From positions 8,556,001 to 8,620,000 of the forward strand of contig OZ176054.1 of assembly GCA_964247055.1 (NCBI GenBank): DNA of 64,000 nt. Direction: 5' to 3'. The notes under the pieces are model-generated. The model saw only the letters and a program-made list of their open reading frames with translations. It made no database searches and was not told the origin of the DNA. The translations under genes and the position numbers were made by a program. Below are positions 54,101 through 64,000 of this stretch, in pieces; position 1 is the first letter of the stretch; each line of letters begins with the position of its first letter. The stretch is from Paragordius varius (taxonomy: Eukaryota; Animalia; Nematomorpha).

Positions 54101-56856
54101 CATGCCCCAAGCCACATCAAACATGGGTGATACCACTGATAAACAAAATGAAAATAGTAATCAAAGATACATTCATGCCCCATCTCCCACAAATGTTTTA
54201 CAAGGTATACTAACGTGCGAAATCAATAAAAATCAAAATATCGATGGAGTTGATTCATACGCAGGCGTTTATGGAAACCTTGCATTTACCAACGGTCTTA
54301 GTTTACAACATTCGCCAATAGTTAATGCCGGGAGCGAACCCTTACTTCAAAGCGGTCCATATTCCAAAATTATAACGGGTAGTAAATCTGAAATAGTTTA
54401 ATTTATATCTAAATTTTTTAACCAATCTAGATTTTAACGAATTTAAGCTACAAAAATTTACGCATTAAGTAATTATTGAATATAGGAGAATCGCCAATGA
54501 ACCATGAAAACGTCATCCAATTTTACCAAGGAGCAAACGGCCACGTTTTTTCTGATCGATCAAACGCTCAAACAGTAATTTAGAATTATTTTGCACTATT
54601 TTTCTAAATAATAATAAATACAGATTATATATTTCTGATGAACATTTTAGGGTTACTTTCCAATTTTAGCCAACAATTATATCATGGGCACAAACGGTAT
54701 ACCAAATCCACCTTTTATTCAAATCACTCCACTCATGCCAAATTACGTTGAATACAATTCTCAACAGCGCACACTACTAAATAATCATAAAGAGAATTCT
54801 GCTTCATATTACAGAAATGATACTTCTCATATAGCTAATCCAAAAATATCTAATCAAATGAACCCGATCCCATCCGCCTCACATACAGTTTTACGTGATG
54901 ATCCAACAATTGCAATTACGCCACCAACTTCTTTTAACATTAAAACAATTTCGCCTGAAAATGTGGATGATCCTCCTTCAAAATTGATTCACGAGGTGCC
55001 ATTCGATGCCAATGACTACCAGACTAATCATAATGGTGACTATGACACTGTGTCACCACTAAAATCCGATGTGAATGATAAAGGTAAAATAATAAGTAGA
55101 TTCGAAATTTTGGGTCGTAATTGAGTTGGTAAATAGCGTCAACTACTGTATACTCATAATCTTTCTTCTCTAAACAAGTGCAAATTAGGCATTTGACTAT
55201 TTAACTGGTTATAATATCCTCATTTTGTCATATTTAATCAACCATTCTGCAATTTCAACTTCCTTAACCTGAAACAAAATAAACTGACCCCTATTTTAAA
55301 CGTGTAAAATCTTTTAATTTTTTTTCGGGAAGATAATTGGAAAAGACGATCGTCAGTTATAAAAAACTTTAACATCTTATCCCTTCAAATTCTTAACAAA
55401 TGTATATAAATTATTGTTTAAACAAAGATTAAATATTATGCTAAATTATCAGGATTAAGTAATATTCTTTAATCAAAAAATATATTATTTAGATCAATGC
55501 CAAAATAATACATATAGCCATACTTGCAAAGAGTGCTATGAGAACACAGAGCATAAATTAACCGTTAACGAACTACCCAAATTTGTGAAACATAATGATA
55601 TCGAAACAATGTTTGGAAGGTACTTAATATAAATAATAAATATATACATCATTTACAAGTTGATCCTTTAACATAATACCTTGCATATAACTGTAATTTA
55701 TTTGTAGCTTTTTGTTTATTTTACGAAATTTTTAACCTTTTATCTTATTTACATATATTCATTAAAAATAAAAAAAATTTAGATTTTTTAATAAGCGGCA
55801 TTTTAACCTGATTAATTATAAGAAAAAAATATACTTTCTTATGTAAAAACACAATTTATAAAATAATTTTTGAAAATTGACTGGGATAATATAAACTAAA
55901 AAACGTTTATTATGGGCCACTAACTAGAAATATTTTAGGACAAACTAAAAATGTTAAAGGGTGCCAACATGAGATACAAAGTTTAGTATATAATTGTTAA
56001 TTTGTCAAATTTTTTACCCTAACTTTTTTGATTTTATTAATTCTAAATATAAAAAAAAAGAAAAGTTGCATAAAAACTTTAAAACTTGAAATTATTTTAT
56101 TAAAAAATTTATAATATATTTTTCTTGTTGACGATATGTATCTATATTATTGTTTTCAGAAACAAATTTTGTATAATGGCATCTGGATCTTATGAAACAT
56201 ATGATTTAAAAAGATCAAGTTAATATATTTAACATAGCGCACGAATATTTTCAGCAGACATATTATTTAAAAAAGAAAGTTATATCATATTAAACAAGAA
56301 GATACATATATTACCCAAAAAATAGTATATTTAAATTGTGTTTTATATATTTATATGAAGGCTTAGAACCCCGGAACCCGGTTTCTGAGATTTTAGAAGG
56401 AACGGGTTTCGTTGGGTAGGAACCAACCCGGTTTCGGTTCCACTTTCTCAGCCCAGTTACATTTTTAAATCCTTAACCGGTTCCGATTCCACTTTTTTGG
56501 ACCCGGTTTGAAGCCCGGATTTATGTATGGCAAAATTTTAAGCACACAATGATGCATTTTATAGACTCGGTGTTGTGAAAATTCAAATGAATGCATTGAA
56601 TGATGTTGATGCAAAAGTTATTATAACCTTTCAAAACTGTAATGATAAGCAAGTATTCTTGCATCGATTATCCTTAAACGGTATGACAAACGAATCACTT
56701 AATAAAATACCTAGAGGTGATTTACAAATAATTTCCTACAAATCGATTTCGGAGCAAATTAAAAAAGAAGCAGTCCACATGATGATTGATGATCCAACCA
56801 ATATTGAAAAAATTGGAACGGTATTATTTTATAAAAATTATATTTTGCACGCTTGA
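48124..56856 (+). CDS. RBPMS: Couch potato / RBPMS / MEC-8 family RNA-binding protein, about 886 aa, 10 exons
   Basis: Exons ~48124-48687, 51276-51353, 52556-52609, 52696-52758, 53194-53390, 53618-~54381, 54486-54574, 54651-55083, 55493-55619, 56565-56856 are phase-consistent (2661 nt). RRM1 reads DE|[26 protein letters not shown]|[18 protein letters not shown]|[18 protein letters not shown]|[27 protein letters not shown], close to the cpo/RBPMS RRM. The exact start codon, exon 6 donor (54378 or 54381) and 3' end are less certain. Confidence 0.85.
49083..50261 (-). mobile_element. Mariner-family transposon, near full length (1179 bp), degenerate, antisense in intron 1 of the cpo/RBPMS gene
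   Basis: Imperfect TIRs CCAAATGTAATAATATGTT / CCAAGTGTAGTCATAAGTT, TA on both sides. Minus-strand fragments with stops and frameshifts: [17 protein letters not shown]...[30 protein letters not shown]...[11 protein letters not shown]. Confidence 0.85.
53103..53173 (-). pseudogene. Degenerate tRNA-like (Lys-CTT-like) sequence or tRNA-derived SINE head
   Basis: Minus strand TAGGTTGATAGGACACCGGACTCTTTACATTGGTGGAGTGGCTGAGTTCGAACCCTGAAACTACGCCATTTTT has a B-box-like GTTCGAACCC, a GACTCTT anticodon-arm-like segment and a T-run; the 5' acceptor strand is missing. Confidence 0.3.
53411..53562. mobile_element. 152-bp CAGTGGCGTA-ended MITE in intron 5 of the cpo/RBPMS gene
   Basis: CAGTGGCGTA ... TACGCCACTG perfect 10-bp TIR; no clear TSD. 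Confidence 0.6.
56359..56516. repeat. GC-rich AACCGG/CCGGTT-rich palindromic element (MITE-like)
   Basis: Ends GGCTTAGAACC / GGTTTGAAGCC with many AACC(C)GG motifs; homologous to 63464-63625. Confidence 0.6.
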
Positions 56857-56864
56857 GCCTGCGA

Positions 56865-56898
<34 letters not shown>

Positions 56899-58207
56899 TA
56901 TATATTACTAACCAAAATTTAACCCTTTCAAAAAATATCGAAAACAATAATATTTTCTCCTAAAAAGAACCTAACATTTATTAACCATAATGTAAGTAAG
57001 AATGCAATCAAATTTTGACGATAATTCAATGGCATGCTATTCAATTATCATAATATAAAAATAGAAGTATTCTTTACAAAAGCGTATGGCACTAAGCATT
57101 TATGCTGCCTACACTTAAACATTTATTAACTTTTTATTTAATGTACCCACTTTATTGTTGGCTTTTTCACATTATTTTTGACTAATTGACAATACAGTAG
57201 CGTATGGAAAAATTACAACAAATATGTCAAATTAAACATTTTTCCCTATCTATCGACATCAAATTATTCACATAATTATGGACTATCATACGCTACTCTA
57301 TTGTTGATTGGCCAACAAAATGGCTGTAAATGCCAACAGGCAAATTTATACATACGGTACTTACTATATACATATTTTAATATAAAATATTTAATTATTT
57401 ATATTTATGCATCCCTGCATCCATATGTTTTCAATAAACCTCATAACATGACGCTCTTCACTTCTAATATTGTTGTCCTGCACTAACGAAAATTCTCTAT
57501 TAATATTTGCATGTGTCTCCACACCACATCATACATGTGTTTAAATAGCAGAATTTGTATTACAGGAATAAGCGAAAAATGGAAGTTTTTACTGAAAACT
57601 AATCTAACCAACAACTTTTCCTTGAATCTCTAAGAAGCCAAACTTTATGATTAAAAATATAACAACTCTACAATATCATACATATATGGCCAAATGCAAC
57701 GAGTGGATATCTACTTTATAAATCAACAATTATACTTTAATATAATGATAATACAAATTTTACCCATTATAAACACTGTGATATAGATAATATATTTTAA
57801 TTTACCATGAGGAATATTGCCATTCATGATTTTTGAATCCATCCATCCTAATTTTTTACTATAATTGTTATTTGGATTAAAAAATATATGATGATAATAA
57901 ATTACGCCATTATCCTTAATATGTTGTTAAAATCATCAAGGATTTTGAATTAAAAAAAATATTTTATGAATGATCGTGTGCAAAAGAAGAAAAATTTTGT
58001 CAGTTTTTTTCGCTTTAAATGGTTAATTTTATCAATTTTAATAAGTGAAAGTATTGTATAATAATTTGGGGACTACTATTTCTGATATTCCAAACTTACA
58101 CATTTAAGAAATCATTTTAAAATGTATTAATAAATAATTCAAAGATTATACACAGTGTCCTCAAAAAAATAACCTATTGAAGTATATATATTCTGATAGG
58201 AAAATAT

Positions 58208-58930
58208 AGGATTATCGTGGTGCTTTTGGTTTTGGTCCTTACGAGTGATATATGGAAGAAATCAACATTTTTATGGTAGGCGCTCCGCATCAGAAATTGC
58301 AAAATTTGCGCACATTTTTTAAAATAATTTTTTTGGTGAATGATAAATGTTTTTTCAGCAAAATTTTATGAAGCGTATTTCACACTAGTTTGAGGTATGA
58401 TAAAAACGGTATAAAAACGACTTAAGATATTATAAAAACACTATTTCTATTAAACTCGATGATGCTGAACATTTATATCAAATATAAATTTCGATTAAAT
58501 ATTCGTTTGGCTTCAAATTTATGTTAAATTTAAATTGGGGTTTTTACAAAATTTCAGAAAAAATTTAACGTCCCACTTTTAAAATAAATTTATAGTTGAT
58601 GTCAAAATTTAGTATATATTTAAAATTTTTGGGGTTATATAAGAGAACTATCCCATTTTAGAAGAGCAAAAGTTTGGAACTTTCCGAGCTTATACATCTA
58701 AAATTAAATTTTTAAAATATTGTTTTGCTTTTTATAAGGAGTTTTTGATATATATATATATATATATATTAGTTATATTAGAAATGAAGCATATATTTTT
58801 CACCAAAAAAAATTATTTAAAAAATATGCGCATATTTTGCCATTTTCTGATATGGACAACTTACCTCTAAAGTGAAAATAACTTTTTTATAACACTCGCG
58901 AAGGGCAAAACCAAACACCATGTTAATTCT
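58208..58930. mobile_element. MITE family B copy upstream of VPS41
   Basis: Inverted ends GTGGTGCTTTTGG..CCTTACGAGTG / CACTCGCGAAGG..CCAAACACCATG; internal similarity to 26435-27205. Confidence 0.6.
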
Positions 58931-59170
58931 GCTACATTTTCTATCAATTATAATTTCATTAGATTATTTTTTGTACCGCCTGATCTTGGACGCAATGTTA
59001 TGTTAGATCGTATTCACTACAAAAACTAGGAATGTTATATCTTAATTCTTATATTTAAGACGTTTAACAAATTTGTGTTTGATCCTATTTATATGTAGTT
59101 TTAGTCTTATCCTACCAACCGTAATACATCTGTATTCGCTCCAATCATCTAACATGTGATCTTAAAACAC

Positions 59171-62100
59171 ATGGAACCAAAATTAAAATATGAGAGGGTA
59201 GATGATTTGGGTAACATTTTAACAAAAGAATATCTTTCATGCTTTAAAATTCATAAAAAAGTTATTTTATAGTAATATGGTAGTACATAGCGTTTGGCAC
59301 TGAATGGGGAAACATATATATCTTAGATCACCTTGGAAATCGTATAGATTCCAAGGAAATGGCTAATGTTTTCTATTTATTTTTATTTTAGCATTCTACC
59401 ATTGTTAACGATATAAGCATAAATCAAAATGGTGAATATATAGCAAGTTGCTCACAGGATGGCAAAGTATTTTTTCTGCCAATATAGGTTAATATAACTG
59501 GGTTATATACCGAAGAATTAAATTTTTCTTACAAAATGGACACTGATGTTAGATGTATTGCAATAAATCCCAATTATTCAAAAACAAGTAGTAGACTATT
59601 TGTCATTGGTACATCCATGGTTAATATAAATTAAAATTTAGGTTATAATGTTTGAAAAAAATATTTTAAACAAAAAATTAAACACCATATATAACAGTGG
59701 CTTTGGTAATATTGAAAACATTATATGGCAAAACGAGATGTTATTGTGGAATGATCAAAAAGTTTATGCTATTAAGATATAATTTATTAGTCTGTAAAAC
59801 TATATGATATTAACACATCATCTATAATTGGTTCAATTGTACGAGACACTTATCCAACAAAAGAGGTCTTCAACTGTTTTATTCGATGGTACGAACCCTG
59901 GGAAACAAAAGTACGTTAATAATATTGATTTAGTAATTGCTATTCAACAGTCGCATTTTTCTACAATTATTGTGTTTGGTTTAAGTTAAACTATTAAATT
60001 TTTATATTGCAAAAGGAATTTTAATTAATTTATTTATATTCACTGTCCAATATTAACAATTTTGTTTGAAATAAAGCGTGATTATCATTTAGATCAAATA
60101 ATCAAATTATATCTTTAAAAGTATTAAAATAAACGCGATATTTGCAATTTGTTTCATGAATAAAAAACAAGTAAATAGAAATCTATTAGAAATGGAACAA
60201 TAGCTTAGACTTTGCCGAATGCCTATTAATTTACATAATATTTAGCTTGTTTTGCCATATTTCTTAATAGATACCATAAATACATCCATATCCTATATTA
60301 ACATATGCATAAAACTTTAAATGTTTACATATTCAAACTTACAAATATTAGGGATTGTTTGTAAAAAATTTACCCTTTTGCACCACATAGTTATCCATGT
60401 AACGCTGTTTAAATGCAAATAAGTTTGCTTGAGAGAATTTCACATTTTCAATAATATGACAATTTTTATTTTAACATTAATTTTGTTAATTTAATTTTGG
60501 ACACTGTATTTGTATCTCATATTTATATAATCCTAATTATAAATTTCTGTCATACAGAGTAAAGATACTAATTTTTCCACACTGATTGTTGGTTGGGGTG
60601 ATCAACTTAAATTTTGTCGCATAGTTAACACTTCCTCTACACCCTACAACAACATGGTTGAAGAAACATCTCAAAAGCATCATAATAAAATCCATCAAAA
60701 CCCAAAACCTATTGTAAATTCTAATATTGTTTCGCAACCGTCAACCATGTTAAGTAATACAAAAACGTTGTTTGACAGTTTAATGGCTAACACAATGTCA
60801 TCTCTAACTGTCAATAATTTATCAGGGGGTATGGGAAGCAATTTAAGTTCAATCAAATACGTTCAAATTTATAAAAACTTTACGCTTCACTTCTATATTT
60901 GTGGTCTTGTCCCTTACCCTGATTTAGCTAACATAGCTTTGCTTGGGTATGCAAAGGTAAATATCATAATATACCATTTAGAGTTCAAATTCACCCTTAA
61001 AAATTATGAGGTTTTGAGCTTAAAAATTATTTATATTTTTAAAATAAATTTTGTTTAAAATTAAAATAATACTGAAAAAATAATAAACTATTCTATAAGA
61101 ATTTATTTCTTATTTATAATAAATTATATTAGCCCGAAAACACATAATTTATTTTTAGGGTGAATTAGAATTGTTCGAGGGTGAATTAGAATTGTTTGAG
61201 GGTGAATTTTAATTGTTTAAGGTTAATTGTAAATGGTATATTGGCACTTTCAATTAATATTATTTAGCCATTTAAGGTGTAGATTTGCACTTAATGTTTC
61301 AAACCCCTTTATAGTCATATATGATTTTTTTGGTGGGTATATCCAATACATATGCATTTCGTCAAAAATAAATTAATTTTTATGTTTTTATTTTAGAAAC
61401 GATGTTTATACGAATACAATAATTACAGTATGAGTAAATATATATTGCTAAAACGTTTTTTATTATTGCCAAATACCATAATGCAGCAAAGAGAATTATT
61501 ATTGGCCAATAATAATAAAAAGTGGAAAAATAATTATAAGCCAATAATACTGCCCTTTGTTGTGTATGCTATTTGGCAATAATTAATAACTTTATAGTTA
61601 TGTATAATAACTCATACTCCATATGAATATGTAAAAAAATATTTTTATAAAACTTATGTATACACTGAGATATTTTTAATATATCATATAAAAATAATAT
61701 TTTTTGGAAGTTGAATGGGGCAAAAATACCTAAAAAACAGTAGGTTTATATTATTTTACTTTGTATTATAATGCGTTTCCAGGATGATAATCGTATCTTG
61801 ATAAACAATTCTATGACCGGGAATACAATCCATAATACACAATCGTCAAAAAATAATAACAATCGTTTGGAATTACGATCAGAAAACCTGGCTGAAGGGC
61901 TTAATTTAGATCATTTGGAATTACCATCAGAAAACCTGGCTGAAGGGCTTAATTTAGATCAAAATTTGGTAGATAATAAGGAAAACACTGTGATATCTAA
62001 TAATCAACTTCAATCTAATATAGAAGAAAATTGCCAACCAACGGAGATGATTTCAGGCATAGTTGATGGGCAAGAGATCTCTGAAATGCCTGAAAATATT

Positions 62101-64000
62101 ATGCCTGCGGAAAAAATACTTAAAAAATCCACAACAACGAATATTAGCGCAAAAGCTAAGTCCCAGCTTAACAAATACACTTATTCTGTTAAGAAGGGTG
62201 CCATGGACACAATTGACTCTAAAAAAATTGTTCAAAGTCCCGAATATATTTTGTCACCAACACAAAAGGTTTTGTAAAACATATTTTAATAAATATATAT
62301 AAACCAAGAGCAATTACCATTTCTAATATTTTAGTATGACTTAATTTGCAATACTATTTGATATTGTGCATACTTTTTAATTTAAATAACTTTATCTTTT
62401 AGAAAGTTCCAAAGATTAAACGACCTCAACTTCATTTAATTTCCCCCATGGCTGATAGTTTATTTTATGAAGAATTGGTGAATGATGCTCTGAGCATAAA
62501 GGATTGGCAAACTATTAATCCCTGGCAATACAGATTAGGTGTCATATTTTTATTAATTACGTTTTAAAATTTTAATGTAAGTGGATATTTGATTTGTCTG
62601 TTTTAAACTAACAGAGTAGATATTAAATTATAACCAAATAATTAACTTTTATCTAAAATACCCAAAACTATAACATTTGCAACTCAAATTCACCCTTAAA
62701 CAATCTGAAACCACCCTCGAGCAATTCTAATTTACCCTCGAACGTTTCATATTCATTCTTGAGCAATTCAAATCATCTTAAAAAATATGTTTTTGTATAT
62801 TAAAATTTTTTATATTTTTTACATTTTTATAAAATATCTAAAATTAATATGATACTAAAATAACCATAAAGAAATTTTCAAATTAATGATAAGTTATTTT
62901 AGCCCGAAAAAACATAATTTATTTTAGGTTGAATTTGAATCGCAAGGGTGAATTTGATTAGTTCAATGGTAATTTAATTGTTCAAGGGTGAATTTGGGTG
63001 ATTTTAATTTAATTTTCAGGGTCATATCTTTATTTAATATACATTTAAGTTGGTTAAGTCTCGCCCGCTGAGTTTTATTTTATGCGTAATGGTTGTATGA
63101 GCACCTATTATTTTACTATTGTTGTGATCTAGTTAAGTAAATCCATAACATTGAACCCAAAATTATCTATAATGAATTTGTGTTTTAAATATGTGCGAGT
63201 ATGTAGCTTTGGCATTTAATTATTGTTATCTGTTACCTTTACTGTTTGAGCACTTTTTGTGGACCCAAATACAAGATTTTCTTGAAATATATTAATTTAT
63301 TCGGTGTGACGGATAGATAAAGGATTTAAATAAAATTATAATGTTCCTTTATGAAAATGCAGAAAGCTGCGCTAAAACAACAATCGGTAATATATATTAC
63401 TTTTGTATCAATATTGGCTTCCATCAGGGCTCACAACGTTAAGTCCGTTACTTTTAAAATTATGGCTTCCAACCGGAACCCAGTTTCTGAGATTTTAGCA
63501 GGAACCGGTTCCTGGGTTAGAATTAACCCGGTCCCGCTTCCTCAGAAACCACCCCGGTTAACCAAAATTTTAGGAAACGCCCCGGTTCCATTTTTAAAAT
63601 CTTAGCAACCAGGCCAGTCTTGGTTTCAATTTTTGACTTTGGTTATGTAACTAAAGACATTTCCACCCAAGGAATATGTTACACACAGATGATTTGATAA
63701 TCACAAAAAAACAGCACACGAAGAAGTCAAAAGCTCATTCCTTCAATGGCACTTCTGTTACCGAAAGTATAGATTATGAACCAATGTACCAAAAACAAAA
63801 GTAATGATTATAGGAGATGAATACATAACTGTAAAATATTCATGCTCTATTTCTCACACCAAGATAACAACAAATGTCATTTTATGCATATCTTGTAAAT
63901 TTAATTCCACAAAAGGTGCTCTAAACATTAAAAGAACACAAGATATTATCTAATAATTTATCAATATCAATTCATAGAATATTTGAAGGAAGAACCATCA
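59171..64000 (+). CDS. VPS41: Vacuolar protein sorting-associated protein 41 (HOPS subunit), N-terminal WD40 part; gene continues beyond the window
   Basis: Exons 59171-59260, 59284-59367, 59392-59466, 59488-59619, 59642-59761, 59791-59910, 60558-60956, 61783-62268, 62403-62538, 63978->64000. Motifs: EPKLKYER, IHKK|YIAFGTEWGNIYILD..GN, VNDISI.QNGEYIASCSQDGK|VNITGLY, IAINP, MFEK, GNI..I.W, SVKLYDI, TLIVGWG..LKFC, FYICGLVP, RPQLHLI.P, DAL.IK....YRL|EY. The last exon assignment is the weakest. Confidence 0.9.
60970..61240. mobile_element. Foldback-like 21-bp-repeat MITE in a VPS41 intron
   Basis: TATACCATTTAG...TAAATGGTATA with GGGTGAATT(A/T)GAATTGTT units; starts 13 nt after the splice donor at 60957. 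Confidence 0.75.
61456..61588. repeat. Small imperfect inverted repeat (about 130 bp) in a VPS41 intron
   Basis: ATTATTGCCAAATA..CAT...GCAAAG mirrored by CTTTGTTG..TATG.TATTTGGCAATAAT. Confidence 0.55.
61867..61962 (+). repeat. 48-bp (16-codon) tandem duplication inside a VPS41 exon
   Basis: LELRSENLAEGLNLDH / LELPSENLAEGLNLDQ; 2 mismatches in 48 nt. Confidence 0.9.
62680..63000. mobile_element. Degenerate foldback-like 21-bp-repeat MITE in a VPS41 intron
   Basis: AAATTCACCCT units at the left, GGGTGAATTTG units at the right, shared core; termini eroded. Confidence 0.6.
63464..63625. repeat. Second copy of the AACCGG-rich element, in a VPS41 intron
   Basis: GGCTTCCAACCGGAACCCAGTTTCTGAGATTTTAG closely matches 56360-56397. 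Confidence 0.6.

Noticed and set aside
57480-57530. CGVETH as an isochorismatase (ISOC1/2) motif
   Set aside because: Spacing to neighbouring motifs and the reading frames do not fit.
61397-61433. Micro-exon candidate in the VPS41 intron (AG|AAACGATG...|GT)
   Set aside because: Lengths of 31 or 37 nt would shift the frame between two phase-0 exons.
63351-63605. 84-aa ORF
   Set aside because: Mostly overlaps the AACCGG-rich repeat in a VPS41 intron.
63689-63800. Possible extra VPS41 exon (DDLIITKKQHTKK...)
   Set aside because: A phase-compatible version exists, but the direct join 62538>63978 already restores YRL|EY homology; left unresolved.

Overview
Very AT-rich (roughly three quarters A+T by eye), intron-containing animal genomic DNA in the standard genetic code; it is not prokaryotic and has no CRISPR array or rRNA. 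Four protein-coding genes can be rebuilt from homology and GT-AG phase, all on the + strand. (1) A class A peptide GPCR (FMRFamide/MIP-receptor-like, 4 exons, about 900 aa) with a roughly 215-aa ECL2 and a roughly 385-aa ICL3. (2) The Wnt acyltransferase porcupine (8 exons, 459 aa). (3) A couch potato/RBPMS/MEC-8-type RNA-binding protein (10 exons, about 886 aa) with a divergent second RRM. (4) The 5' part of VPS41, which runs off the window. PORCN and VPS41 contain seven ultra-short introns of 21-29 nt next to introns of 0.1-2.6 kb that are often filled by MITEs. The rest is transposon debris: a TSD-flanked hAT (Buster/Charlie-like), a full-length degenerate mariner, a rearranged PIF/Harbinger transposase with an inverted duplication, older hAT and LINE remnants, and many palindromic MITEs, including a foldback-like family with 21-bp minisatellite arms. 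The organism cannot be identified from the sequence alone. All alignments were done by eye against remembered family motifs; no database search was run.
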